From a virus (lineage: Duplodnaviria > Caudoviricetes), in IMG/VR virus record IMGVR_UViG_3300046167_000801: 64,000 nt of DNA; one strand, given 5' to 3'. Below, one piece after another: positions 40,276 through 53,200 of the stretch. The notes under the pieces were generated by a model. That model made no database searches. It saw only the letters and a program-made list of their open reading frames with translations, and had not been told where the DNA came from. How positions within the stretch are numbered: the first letter of the stretch is position 1; every line of letters starts with the position of its first letter. A program made the position numbers and the translations under genes.

Positions 40276-43200
40276 ATGGCATTACAACAAATATATTGGG
40301 AACAAATTGCGACCGAGGATATAACCTCAGGACAAACGGTAAATTTAGGTAACCCGACAGCGTCTTTGAAGAATGTTTATGCGGATAACTTCTTTATAAA
40401 CGGTACACAAAGTTTAAATGATTTAATTGGTGGAGGAATAACCGAAGGGATTGACCCTTTAAATCAATTTAGTGCTTCGGTTTTAACGTCTTTAGAATTT
40501 ACAGGTTCAAATATGACCGTTAAAGGTGATTTGAATGTCTTAGGAACATATACCTCTATTAAATCGGAAACGGTCACCTTAGATGATAATATCATTGAAT
40601 TAAATGGTACTGACAAGGCGTTTGGTGGTTTATTAATAAAAGACCCCACAAACCCTAATTTAGTTTCAGGATCATTGTTGTGGGATACAACAACTGATAG
40701 ATGGGTTGGAGGACCTTTAGGGTTAGAAGAAAATATAGTAATAGAGAGTGAATTAACAACTCTTTCATCTTCAATATCATCTTCTATAAACGAATTATCA
40801 CAATCAGTATCCTCATCATTTGATCAGGTTAATACGGATTTAACAGATTTATCGTCTTCAGTGTCGTCATCGATTAATGATTTATCACAATCAGTGTCGT
40901 CGTCGTTTGACCAAGTCAATACAGATTTAACAGATTTATCCTCATCATTATCATCATCAATAAATGAATTATCTTCATCTGTCGACTCTACGTTTACTCT
41001 ACATGACGGTAGGTTAGTTGACTTAGAGTTATTTAGTTCTTCATTAGATGCAACATTTGCAACGGACCAACAATTAACGGATTTATCACAATCAATCACC
41101 TCATCAATAGGTGATCTATCGTCTTCATTAGATGGTAGGGTTGTGAATTTGGAGGACTTTAGTTCTTCATTAGACGCCACATTCGCGACAGACCAACAAT
41201 TAACAGACTTATCGTCTTCATTATCAGGATCAATAAGTGAATTGTCCTCATCATTATCATCATCAATAAATGATTTATCACAGTCAGTATCCTCATCTTT
41301 TGATCAGGTTAATAATGACCTAACTGATTTATCATCGTCATTATCATCTTCGATAAACGAATTATCACAATCGGTTGATTCCACATTCACATTACATGAT
41401 GGTAGGTTAGTCGAATTAGAAACGACAGGGTCTGATCATGAAACAAGGATTGATGGTTTAGAATTATTTAGTACTTCTTTAGATAACACTTATGCGACAG
41501 ACCAAGAATTAGAAGACATTTCCGCATCTTTAAGTGATGCTATTGGTAATGCACAAACAGATATCGAAGCAAGTAATATATTCCAACAAACAGGTTCATA
41601 TTATGGTACATCTGAAAATTTACAAATATCGGGTAGTGGTTTAGATTCACCCGATGGTTCTATAACAGGAAAATATGGTGTAATTGTGTCAAAATCATTA
41701 CATGCAGAAAATATTAACGTGGGTCAACCCACTTCAAATGATTGGGGGACCATGAATGGTTCATATTTTAATAATTTTAATGAAAACACAGACGTTTCGG
41801 AGATTATTAGGTTTATGGCGGGGTTATTATCCTCTTCAGCACCTGATGCCTCTCCAAACACCAAATATTATAACGGATATACTAAAAACACATTTAATAC
41901 ATCAACAGATTCGGGTATTGGTGGATATCTTCCTTCAGGAACAACAAATACAACACTAATTGACCTTATTGATAGTGGATTTGCTAGTATTGGTGGAACA
42001 ATCTTAGGGTCATTCGGTACTTTTTATACAAATAGTAATTATAGACACTCATTTACAAGTAGATACGGTGGTTCAACAACTGTTAGATCATCAAATGATG
42101 GTAATTTATTTGGTTTAGGTAGATTAAGTAGCGGAACACCCACAACGTTTAAAGTTTCAGGATCTTTTACGTTTAAAAAATTCGACCATAACAGAGTTTT
42201 ATTGGAAGAATCAAGTTCTAATCATTTAATAATACAATCTGGTGCGGGAACAACTAATGGAGTTACTCTTGGTAAGATTGAATCGGCAAATCCTGAATTA
42301 ATTCCCGCAGGGTATCAAGACGGTAAATATAGTGGAGTCTTTAGTCCAACAATTTTAAATGCTGGTAATACTATAGACGATATTGGGTATTACCATATAT
42401 CAAGTTCGATATCTATAGCAAGTGGGTCAAGTGATTTTACCACACCAATAGAGAGTAATACTGAGATACTATATGGACCAATGCCGACAATTGAAAGTGG
42501 TATAGGGTCAACTAATTTAGGTGTTTCGGCAAATATTGATTCTATGGAACAATTAACCGCAACATCAAGATCTTTAAGTGGGGCACCATACTTACAAACG
42601 GCAACGTTTAACGCGAGTGGGTCCATTGGGGGTACATTTAATAAGTTGTACCAAAACGGTACACACGGTTCAATGTCAGGTAATAGTGGTCAAAGAACTG
42701 CAAGTGTCTCTAACGGTAGAATATCAACAAGTAATGTGTTTTATGATGAAACATTTACAGATTTAAGGTCGAGTGGTACAATTCCACACATTAATGATAA
42801 AATAAAACTTAATTCAGGTTTGAGTTGGAGTGCGGGTAATTCGTATGGTACCTCAGCTAACCAGTCGGTTTCAATAAGTGGAGCCGGATTCGGTGGAAGT
42901 AGGTCTGATTCTGAAAGTAGGTCCGTACACATAGCGGGAACGTTTGGACAACCGGCATCAAGTGGTAGTTTACATTATTATGGTAGATCACAAACATACG
43001 ATGGTTCATCTAACACTTCTGAAAATTTTACGGGTGAGGGTAGAAGATTAGAACTGAATGATAATTTACTTTCATTTGGTGGAACTTCTTGGGATAACAC
43101 CTATAATGAATATGGTATTTTGGGTCCTAAAGATTTACAAGTAAGACCTAACCGTTTAGTTAAACCAGGTGGTAACAATGGATATTGGTTAACTAACCCA

Positions 43201-43635
43201 AGTAATAGTAGTGATTATAAGTATTATGTTAGAAAATTTTCCACATCAGGAACAAAAACAAGTATGAGTATTAATGTAGGTGGAACGTCTTTAGTTTCAT
43301 GGGACTCAACAAATAATAACTCAGCATCTGTGGTAATACTATTTGAATCTTCTACAACTAATGTTTATGCAAACGCAAGATTTTATGACCCAACTAAAAC
43401 ATTAGAAAATTTTGTTGGATCAATAAGTTCTAACACAGATGGTACTAACCCATTTGGTTTAGATATAGATTTGTACGGTAATACAGGTGGATCGGGTTCA
43501 GGGGGTTCATATTCTTTACCTATGAGAAATTCAGACGGTATGTTCCTGAATTCAACCTATAATGAAATTATGGTATTGGTTAGATACAAAGGGGACCCAA
43601 CACCCATAACAAGTTTAAGTGTAAGTTTTAGTTAA
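40276..43635 (+). CDS. Fibre-like structural protein (1119 aa) with a Ser-rich repeated coiled coil
   Basis: Repeats DLSSS(V/L)SSSIN(D/E)LS and FATDQQL, plus the shared DDNIIELNG...SGSLLWD module. TATTTATA lies upstream. Confidence 0.75.
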   Translation: MALQQIYWEQIATEDITSGQTVNLGNPTASLKNVYADNFFINGTQSLNDLIGGGITEGIDPLNQFSASVLTSLEFTGSNMTVKGDLNVLGTYTSIKSETVTLDDNIIELNGTDKAFGGLLIKDPTNPNLVSGSLLWDTTTDRWVGGPLGLEENIVIESELTTLSSSISSSINELSQSVSSSFDQVNTDLTDLSSSVSSSINDLSQSVSSSFDQVNTDLTDLSSSLSSSINELSSSVDSTFTLHDGRLVDLELFSSSLDATFATDQQLTDLSQSITSSIGDLSSSLDGRVVNLEDFSSSLDATFATDQQLTDLSSSLSGSISELSSSLSSSINDLSQSVSSSFDQVNNDLTDLSSSLSSSINELSQSVDSTFTLHDGRLVELETTGSDHETRIDGLELFSTSLDNTYATDQELEDISASLSDAIGNAQTDIEASNIFQQTGSYYGTSENLQISGSGLDSPDGSITGKYGVIVSKSLHAENINVGQPTSNDWGTMNGSYFNNFNENTDVSEIIRFMAGLLSSSAPDASPNTKYYNGYTKNTFNTSTDSGIGGYLPSGTTNTTLIDLIDSGFASIGGTILGSFGTFYTNSNYRHSFTSRYGGSTTVRSSNDGNLFGLGRLSSGTPTTFKVSGSFTFKKFDHNRVLLEESSSNHLIIQSGAGTTNGVTLGKIESANPELIPAGYQDGKYSGVFSPTILNAGNTIDDIGYYHISSSISIASGSSDFTTPIESNTEILYGPMPTIESGIGSTNLGVSANIDSMEQLTATSRSLSGAPYLQTATFNASGSIGGTFNKLYQNGTHGSMSGNSGQRTASVSNGRISTSNVFYDETFTDLRSSGTIPHINDKIKLNSGLSWSAGNSYGTSANQSVSISGAGFGGSRSDSESRSVHIAGTFGQPASSGSLHYYGRSQTYDGSSNTSENFTGEGRRLELNDNLLSFGGTSWDNTYNEYGILGPKDLQVRPNRLVKPGGNNGYWLTNPSNSSDYKYYVRKFSTSGTKTSMSINVGGTSLVSWDSTNNNSASVVILFESSTTNVYANARFYDPTKTLENFVGSISSNTDGTNPFGLDIDLYGNTGGSGSGGSYSLPMRNSDGMFLNSTYNEIMVLVRYKGDPTPITSLSVSFS

Positions 43636-43640
43636 GAGAC

Positions 43641-44849
43641 ATGGCATACGATAAGAATATAAAATCATCAAGGTTCCTCCAAAGTAAGAGGTATACACAC
43701 AACAACCTACTAGATTCACAAGAATCATTCACTTCTGTATTGGATTTAAATAGTAGTGAAATTTATGTTGACCAAAGTCTCATACCTTCTTCAAACTTAC
43801 CATTTAATGGTAGTTCAGATCACTTATCTGTCTATACCGATAGTGATACAAGTTTAGATGTATTAAAATATTGGTACAGACATAAATTAACTAAATCTGA
43901 TTTAAATAGGGAGGTTTGGTTTTTCTTAGATCCCGTCGGTTCAAATGACGGTATAGGGGCACAGTTGATTAGTAATGATCAAGAAGTAAATTTCATTTCA
44001 CCAAAATATGCCATATCAGGTTTGGCAAACTCAACAGTTGAGGATTCCACACCAGGTTATTTAATTAAACTTTTTGTTTCAACTAATTCTTCCTCCCCAT
44101 CAAATAGTGATTTAAGACAACCATCTACCTATTCTTTTGATTACAAAACAGGTGTAGTACAATTTATAAGTGGTACCCCTTCAAGTAATCAATATGTATA
44201 CATGAGTGTTTACCAATATGTTGGTAGAACATTAAGTGACCAATTAGGTGGAGGTGGTGCTAGTGCTATACAAGATATATTTAAACCTACAGGTTCATTT
44301 TATGCCACTACGAATGACATACAGATAAGTGGATCTTTAGATTTAACAGGAGACTTTACTGTACATGGAACTGTAACCTCATCATTATCTGAGACGGTTA
44401 TCGTTAATGATAATATTATAGAGTTAAACGGTAACGAATCTAATTTTGGTGGATTAAGTATTAAAGACACAGTAAATCCTAATACCGTATCAGGTTCTTT
44501 ATTATGGGATGCTACGAATGATCAGTGGATTGCGGGTCAAGAGGGAAGTGAATTACCAATTGCAAGACAAGACGATTTAGTATGGGGTAATTCAGGTTCA
44601 TATTGGTCATCAACAAGTGATCTACAAGTAACTGGCTCGGTCATAATAAAAGGAGACTTAAAGGTTGAAGGACAAACAACATTACAATCGCAAGACATAA
44701 CTCAAGATTCATTAATTGTGTCGGGTGCGATGAGTATATTAAAAAATCAAATAGAGAATCAAATAAGGTCCGCATCACTAAACATTGAAAACTTAGGATC
44801 GATAGGAGATATTAATAATAATTCTGTCATGGACCTTGGTGGTTTCTAA
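43641..44849 (+). CDS. Fibre-associated structural protein (402 aa)
   Basis: Shared DNIIELNG...SGSLLWD module. Confidence 0.7.
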   Translation: MAYDKNIKSSRFLQSKRYTHNNLLDSQESFTSVLDLNSSEIYVDQSLIPSSNLPFNGSSDHLSVYTDSDTSLDVLKYWYRHKLTKSDLNREVWFFLDPVGSNDGIGAQLISNDQEVNFISPKYAISGLANSTVEDSTPGYLIKLFVSTNSSSPSNSDLRQPSTYSFDYKTGVVQFISGTPSSNQYVYMSVYQYVGRTLSDQLGGGGASAIQDIFKPTGSFYATTNDIQISGSLDLTGDFTVHGTVTSSLSETVIVNDNIIELNGNESNFGGLSIKDTVNPNTVSGSLLWDATNDQWIAGQEGSELPIARQDDLVWGNSGSYWSSTSDLQVTGSVIIKGDLKVEGQTTLQSQDITQDSLIVSGAMSILKNQIENQIRSASLNIENLGSIGDINNNSVMDLGGF

Positions 44850-44903
44850 TATTCAAGATATTTATAATAATAAATCAAATAAAGACAAAATTTAAAAAAG
44901 AAG

Positions 44904-47045
44904 ATGGCTCAAATTATTAAACACAGAAGAGGTTCGATAGACAGTGTAAAGGCAACAACCACAAGAAATGGTGAAGTCTTGATAGCGTCAGGATCGATCT
45001 CAGATTTAGCTGGACCTTTCGTATTTGTTGGGTCACCCGTTTCTAGTGACGAAGGAGTCGCCGGAGCGTTCAAACCAACATCAAAAATATATTCAGGAAC
45101 CAATGCACCCACAATAGGTGTTGGTACTTACGGATCAATTTTAGACGGAACTCCATTTTACGCGTCAGGAGACGAATCATTATACATATTAAATAATGAT
45201 GGAGTTGGTAATGACAGGGTAGATTTAACAGGTAACATAGAGGGTAATTTAATTTCTAATGTAACAATAACATCACTTACAGGTTCTAACGCTAACCTAA
45301 CAAATGTAACTGGTGGTACGGTAACCGTAACAGGAAATCAAACTATCGGTGGAACTTTAGGAGTTACGGGAGCAACAAACCTAGGAGATAGTTTAGGGGT
45401 TGCTTTAACTGCGACTGTAGGAAAATTAGTTTCGGAAGGAGAAATTACGGGTTCAAATCTTAGACTTACGGGAGATGCGGACATTGCAGGAAATATAAAC
45501 TTAGGTGGAAATATTAGTGTTGGTGATGCATCAACAGACTTTGTTTCATTTGGTGCGGATATATCATCTTCATTCATACCAGATGTAAATGACGCATTTG
45601 ATTTAGGTTCTACAACTAAGGCATGGAGAGAATTATACGTAAGTGGAACGGCACACATTCAAGACTTAAACCTTGAAGGTGGATTATCTGTAAATAGTTT
45701 GGCTCTACCAGGTGACTTAACGGTATCGGGAACTACAGACTTAAAAGGTAACGTTACTTTAGGTGATGCAAGTTCGGACACAATTACTGTAAATTCGGGA
45801 GACATTGAATTATCAAATATTCCTGACGGAGATACAGCAATCTTTATTGGTTTAGACGGAAATAACAAATTAGTACAAGACACATTAGACTCAAGGGTAC
45901 AAGGAGAGACATTACTTGATAATAATGGTACACCATTAACTGCTAACAGAATACCTTTCGCAGTTGACGGAGACTCATTACAGGATGACGCTGATTTAAC
46001 ATACAACTCAACAACTAATGTTATTAGTGTGGGTAGTTCAACAATTGGTAACGATATATCTGCGGCAAGTTCATTAACTTCGGTAGGTACTACGGAACTA
46101 AAAGGTGCGGTCGGAATTAATTCAACACTAAACGTTACAGGTTCTGCACAATTAAAATCTAGTTTAGATGTTGATGGTGAATCTACATTAGCAAGTGCAA
46201 TCGTAGAAGATTTAACATCAGGTAGAGTAGTATTAGCAGGTACGGGAGGAGCAATTGAAGATAGTTCAAAGTTAACATTTGACGGATCAACATTAGACGT
46301 AACTGGTGATGTTGAAGCATCAGGTGATTTAGGTGGTGCCACGGCAACCATCACAGGTAATTCTACTATAGGTGGAACACTTGGTGTAACAGGTAATACT
46401 GAAATTGATGGAACATTAACAGTTAATGATAATGTAACAATATCAGGTAACTTAGAAATATTAGGTACGGCTACCGAAGTGAATATACAATCACAAACAG
46501 TCGAAATCGATGACAATATTATTAAATTAAACGCATATTCACCATTTGAAAGATACGCAGGTTTTGAGGTTATGGATTCAGGATCTTCAGGTGTATCTGC
46601 ATCTTTAGTATGGGATTCACAAGATGACCATTGGATGTTTGTTTCTTCATCAGGAAAATCAAGTAAATTACTTGGGACAACTGCGGGAGCTTACGGTTCG
46701 GAAAGTAGTTTAGGAATTGGTTCAATACCTGTAGCAACAGGTAAGAACACTATGGGTGATTCTTTACTTACTGATGATGGTAGTGTATTGGCATATAACA
46801 CAAACAAATTTACAGTTGATAAAGACACTGGTTCTACTTTAATTGCGGGTAACGTAACACTTAGTGGTGGTGGTGGACTTGATTCGGGAAATACTACTTC
46901 AAAAATTGTATTTAGAAATTCAAGTAGTGAAATAGGTTATATAACGAGTACAGGAACAACTGATGTTTTAGACGGTATCTTAGGTTACAAATCAAGTGAT
47001 GGATCTTTAGTATTTTCTACCGTTATTGATGGAGGAACTTACTAA
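44904..47045 (+). CDS. Beta-helix-like tail fibre protein (713 aa)
   Basis: N-terminal IIKHRRG anchor-like motif, Gly/Thr/Val short-period repeats and a C-terminal IDGGTY. Confidence 0.75.
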   Translation: MAQIIKHRRGSIDSVKATTTRNGEVLIASGSISDLAGPFVFVGSPVSSDEGVAGAFKPTSKIYSGTNAPTIGVGTYGSILDGTPFYASGDESLYILNNDGVGNDRVDLTGNIEGNLISNVTITSLTGSNANLTNVTGGTVTVTGNQTIGGTLGVTGATNLGDSLGVALTATVGKLVSEGEITGSNLRLTGDADIAGNINLGGNISVGDASTDFVSFGADISSSFIPDVNDAFDLGSTTKAWRELYVSGTAHIQDLNLEGGLSVNSLALPGDLTVSGTTDLKGNVTLGDASSDTITVNSGDIELSNIPDGDTAIFIGLDGNNKLVQDTLDSRVQGETLLDNNGTPLTANRIPFAVDGDSLQDDADLTYNSTTNVISVGSSTIGNDISAASSLTSVGTTELKGAVGINSTLNVTGSAQLKSSLDVDGESTLASAIVEDLTSGRVVLAGTGGAIEDSSKLTFDGSTLDVTGDVEASGDLGGATATITGNSTIGGTLGVTGNTEIDGTLTVNDNVTISGNLEILGTATEVNIQSQTVEIDDNIIKLNAYSPFERYAGFEVMDSGSSGVSASLVWDSQDDHWMFVSSSGKSSKLLGTTAGAYGSESSLGIGSIPVATGKNTMGDSLLTDDGSVLAYNTNKFTVDKDTGSTLIAGNVTLSGGGGLDSGNTTSKIVFRNSSSEIGYITSTGTTDVLDGILGYKSSDGSLVFSTVIDGGTY

Positions 47046-47071
47046 AAACTAAATTAAATATTTATTACACA

Positions 47072-47099
47072 AAAATCCCTTGAGAAATCAGGGGATTTT
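47072..47099 (+). terminator. Rho-independent terminator, probably bidirectional, with a GAAA tetraloop
   Basis: AAAATCCCTTGA-GAAA-TCAGGGGATTTT (12 bp, one G-U pair). Confidence 0.85.
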
Positions 47100-47201
47100 C
47101 TTTATATATTGATATTAAGTAGTATTTATAATAAAGATCTATATAGATCATAATAAAAGTGATAGATATCACTATAAATACATTTAGAGAGATCCATATA
47201 T

Positions 47202-50200
47202 ATGGGACAGACAGTTAAACTGCGTAGAAGCGCTATATCCGGTAAGATTCCGATTAATTCACAACTACTACTTGGTGAATTATCCATGAATACAACCGAC
47301 GGTAAGATTTTCTTATCAAAATCAGGTTCAAACGGACCTTCCGTCGAAGAAGTAATAATCACAAACACACAAAATTTTGGTAATATTGACTTAGTTGGCG
47401 ATTTAACGGCAACTAATATCAGTTCATCCTTTATTGGTGATGGTGGTGGACTTTATAATATTCCTGCATCAGGAGTTACGGGTCTTAGTTTAGATCGAAT
47501 AGCGAGTTCAACCTCCACAGCATCTATTGATGCGGATGGTTTACATATTAATACGGATACTACAGTAACAGGGTCTCTCACAGCAACAGAATTTACAGGT
47601 AGTGGTTTAGGTTTAACAGATGTGCCAATTAAAATCTCAGGATCAGACGCGGGATCGACTTCTATCGATTCTACGTTCACAAGAATTAAATTCGATGATT
47701 CAACAGGTATAAAAATAAGTGGTACCACAGGTGGTGATGCGGTTGTATTCCTTTCAGGGGTTGCCTCGGAATCGGACGGTGGAGAAGGTAAAACTGCAAA
47801 GTTAGAAGTTACAAGTGCAACAAGTACATGGACATTAAATCACAATTTAAACGAAAAACACCCCTCTATTGAGGTTTTTGACAGTAATGATGAGGTTATT
47901 ATCCCACAGAAAATAGAGGCAACAAGTGTTAATCAAGTGGTTGTTAGTTTTGCATCACCTCAAACAGGTACTGTAACGGCAACTGTCGGTGGTGGATTAC
48001 CATCAATTGACTCAGGATATGAGAATAGAGTTTTATCGGTAGATAATAATGGTATTGCAACTTGGAAAACAGGAATACTTAGTGGATCTATTGATTTTTC
48101 CACTTTAGTTGATACTGGTTCCTTTAACACATACACATCATCAAATGATAACACAAATAGTAATCAAAATGGTAGATTAGATAGTCTTGAGGAATTCACT
48201 TCAAGTATTGACGATACTTATGCTACGGATAATGATGTTACAACACTCAGAACCGATTTAAATACATACACATCATCAACCGATGGTAGATTAGATTCTT
48301 TAGAGACAACAAGTGGATCAAGTAATCTAAGGTTAGATTATATAGAGTCCGTCACTTCTTCACATCACGGCAGATTAAACAGTTTAGAGACAATAAGTGG
48401 GTCCCATGACGGTAGGTTAGATAGTATTGAATCTAAAACGGGGAGTTTCCTTGTTTCTAACGACCTTTCAACAATAGAAGGGAAGATTGGGTCTTTAGAA
48501 ACAACTTCAGGTTCTCATGAGGGAAAACTAAGTAGTTTAGAAACAACAAGTGGTTCACATGATGGAAGATTAGATTCTTTAGAAACAACTTCAGGGTCCC
48601 ACGATGGAAGATTAACCGATCTTGAAACTTTTGAGACTAAAGTTGATACAGGGTTGGAGTTTACAGGTTCAAACGTAACAATAAAGGGTAATTTATTAGT
48701 TAAAGGGACAGAAACAAGGGTAGATTCAACCACAGTAGACATTGACGATAACATTTTATCACTTAATGGTAGTGGTGCGGCAAATGCGGGTATAGAAGTA
48801 AGAGATACGGAGTCCCCAGGTGTTTTATCGGGTTCTTTAATATACGATACGGGTGAAAATACTTGGAAAGCGGGTACTAAAGGAAGTGAAGAAAGATTAC
48901 TAATTAATAGTGATCTTACAACATTAGATGGTAGGTTAGATAGTTTAGAATCTACTAGTGGTTCCCACGAAGATAGAATTGATAGAATTGAAATATCAAC
49001 GTCCTCACTAAATTCATTTACGAGTAGTATTAATACCACAATTAAGGGTAAATTAAATAACGATGGTGTAATAAGTGGTTCTATACAGATAGATCATGAT
49101 GCGACCACAAATTACGTAGGTAATGAACACATTGACCACTCATCCATAACAATTGGTAGTGGTAAGGGTCTAACTGGTGGAGGTACTATCGATACAAATA
49201 GGAGTTTAACTCTCGATACTGGATCGGTACACTTCTTAAGTGGTGTAAAATCTAAATTAAATACTGAAACAGTTGTAAGTGGTTCCGCACAAATAGATAT
49301 AACAGGAACTACAAATTATAATTTAGTTGATGGTAGATTAGATAGTATTGAATCTTTTACAAGTAGTATTGATTTAACATATGCCACGGATGATGATGTA
49401 ACAGACTTAAGAAATGATTTAAATACATACACATCATCTAACGACGACACAAACAGTACACAGAATGGTAGATTAGATAGTATTGAATCGAGTACGGGTA
49501 GTTATCTAACATCATATAATGACGAATACACTACAGGGGCGACTTTTAGTACTTCAAATGGTGTTGTAACATTTACAAGAAATGATGGTGATCAATACAC
49601 GGTCGATCTTGATGGTAGGTATTTAACTTCATTTACAGAAACAGACCCAATATTTACTGCACACGCAGTTTATGACATTACATCAACTCAAATAGGTAAT
49701 TGGGACACCGCATATGGATGGGGTGATCATTCACAAGAAGGATATCTTACAACATACAATAATGAGTATACAACGGGGGCCACATTTAATGGATCCAACG
49801 GTATTATTACTTTCACAAGAAATGATGGAGATACTTACACCCTTAATATTAGTAGTACTTTAACTGACATAAATGTTACTGGTGGTACATATAATGACTC
49901 AACCCAAACACTAAGACTTAATAAATCAAATGGTACTTCTATTGATGTAACTGGATTTGCGGTGGACACCGTACTTCACACAACAGGAGCAACATTTAAT
50001 TCAAGTAATGGTGTGGTTACCTTTACTAAGAATGGTGGGGATACGTACACCGTTGATCTTGATGGAAGATACTTAACCTCATTCACAGAAACGGATCCAA
50101 TATTTACGGCACATGCGGTTTATGACATTACTTCTACCCAAATATCAAATTGGGATACCGCATACGGATGGGGTAACCATGCTAGTGCTGGTTATCTAAC

Positions 50201-53200
50201 ATCATATACAGATACGAACGAATTTGTAACGGGAGCAACTTTTAATGATGGAAATGGAATTGTTACATTCACAAGAAACAATGGTGGTGATACATTTACA
50301 GTTGATTTAGACGGTAGGTATTTGGAGTTTGAAACCAATGGTAATACTTCAGACGTTAATAATGTTACAAGAACAATATTCAGTGCTAATAATACTAATG
50401 GATCTACTTCAAATAGACCTGTTAATTGGTCAACTGTTTACACTTTAGGTGGTGGATATAACGCCTTACAGTTAGGAACCAATGAAGATTATTCTGAATC
50501 AGGATTATGGGTTAGACAATACAACGGTAACTCGGCATCTCCACAAGGATCTGGTTGGCAGAACTGGACTGAGGTTTGGACGACAAATCACTTCTCAGCA
50601 AATGATAGAAACAATTGGAATACGGCATATGGATGGGGAGACCATGGTACTGCGGGGTATTTGACTTCATTCACGGAGACTGACCCAGTATTCACATCCC
50701 ATGCCGCTTACGATATTACATCAACTCAAATAAGTAATTGGGATACAGCATATGGATGGGGTGATCATGGAAGTGCCGGATACCTTACATCATATAACGA
50801 TGAATATACAACAGGAGCTACTTTTAATGGTGGTAATGGTATTATTACTTTCACAAGAAATGATGGTGACACCTATACCGTAGACATCAGTTCAACACTT
50901 ACCGATATAAATGTCACTGGTGGTACATATAACGATGCTAACCAAACATTAACACTTAATAAATCAAATGGAAGTAGTGTGGATGTAACTGGATTTGCGG
51001 TGGACACTGTACTTCATACAACAGGTGCGACATTTAACAGTAGTAATGGTGTAATAACATTTACTAAAAATGGTGGAGATACATATACTGTTGATATTGA
51101 CGGTAGATTCTTGACAAGTTACACCGAAACACAAACATTAAATGACGTAACTACCTTAGGTGCGACAACGAGTAACGATCTACAAGTTGGTGGATTAACA
51201 ATATCCGATACATTCCCTTATTTGGATTTTGTAGATACTAATAGTTTTACTGACACTGCCGATAGGTTTAGAGTTAGAGCGGGTGGAAATAATGGTATGA
51301 TTCAATGGTCTGATTCTTCAGCAGGAACAGTAACCACTTTAATGACTTTCCTACCTGATGGTAAAATAACTATGGGTAATGGTATACAATTTACTGCCAC
51401 TGGTGGTGTAGATATGGGAACCAATACCATAACTGATGGTAAGGTTGCCCAATGGAACACAGCATATGGATGGGGAGATCACTCACAAGCAGGATACTTA
51501 ACAACATACAATAATGAGTACACCACAGGTGCAACATTCAATACAAGTAATGGTGTAATTACATTCACAAGAAACGATGGAGACCAATTTACTGTTGATA
51601 TCGATGGGAGATATTTAACTTCATTTACAGAAACAGACACCTTAAGTAGTGTAACATCAAGAGGAAATTCAACAAACAATTCTATTAGTGTTGGTGATTT
51701 CCTAGCATCTCACCAATCAGCACAGAACGCAACGACTAAGGCGGAGATGTTAAGTATGGGGGTTGCTAAGTTTAGACCCCATTCTACGAATTCGGGTACT
51801 TTAGCAATAGCACAAGTGGATGCGGGTAACTCAGTTGGTTTACAATTTACAAATGGTGCGGGTACCGCTGATTGGGACATGTCATTACAACCATTTGGAG
51901 GTAATGTTGGTATTAATAAGGTTAATCCTTCAGGTGCACTTCATGTATATAGTGGTACTTCAGAAAGATTCTTAGTTAGTGGCGATGTACATGTACAAGG
52001 TTCAACTGATTTAAATATTAATGGTGCAAGTAGAAGATTATCATTTACAAGTGGTACAGGTACTATTAGAACCACAACCGCAAACGAACTATACTTACAA
52101 ACAAACTCAACCACTGCAATTACCATAGATGCCAATCAAAACGTTGAAATTTCGGGTACTCTTTCTGCAAGTGGGTATAATAAAACAAATTGGGATACCG
52201 CATATGGATGGGGTGATCATTCACAAGCGGGATACGTAACCTCAAGTGGAAATACTATTATAGGTACGGACTCAGATATAAATACATCAGGTTCTTATGT
52301 TGTTGACCAATTAACAATGACTGATGGTGTAATAACAAGTCATTCTACAAGACAATTGTCAGAATTAAGGATTCCTGATACACGAGCGGCAGAAAAAACA
52401 CCTAATGAATATACCGATCAACACCTTTCGTTAGATTTTACCGATGAATATGGTTCTTTAGGTTCATGGTATAGTGGAATAACTTTAAAAGGTTGGACAG
52501 GTACATATGCGGCTTGGCAATTAATATCGGAAGCGGATAGTGGTATTGGAGATACAAACCTATATTTTAGACAGGGTAATGGTACTACTTGGCAATCTAT
52601 GAGAACCGTATGGACAAGTGCTAACTTTGCCAACAACTCATCTAATTGGAATACAGCGTATGGATGGGGAGATCACTCACAAGCGGGATACTTAACTTCA
52701 AGTTCAACTCAAAGTAAATACTTAAGAAGTGATACTGATGATACTACAACGGGAGCACTTACAATTGGTGAGGGTACTAACCAAGCAAGACTTATAATAA
52801 AGAAAGCGGATAACGACGTATCGGATCATATTGTATTTTATAATGGAACAACTCGTATTGGTGAGATTGGTGCACAAGATGATACATGGTTAAGAATTAA
52901 TCAAAACACAAGTAAAAATATATACACACCAAGATACATAAGAGCCGACGCAGGTTTCTTTGTTGATGGTACAAGTAAAGGTATTAATGGGTCGGGTAAT
53001 TTCATCGGTGGTACTATTGCAGGTGCAAGTGACGCGAACGTAACTAATTGGGATACCGCATATGAATGGGGAGATCATTCACAAGAGGGTTATTTAACCT
53101 CTTATAATGATGAGTATACCACAGGTGCAACATTTAATGGTGGTAATGGTATAATCACATTTACAAGAAATGATGGAGATCAGTACACTGTTGATATTAG

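Noticed and set aside
45338-46516. Minus-strand ORFs of 106 and 285 aa opposite the 713-aa fibre (also 21713..22300, 48515..49039, 47126..47368)
   Set aside because: These are antisense shadows of low-complexity, codon-biased + strand genes or lie across a regulatory spacer, and have no recognisable motifs.
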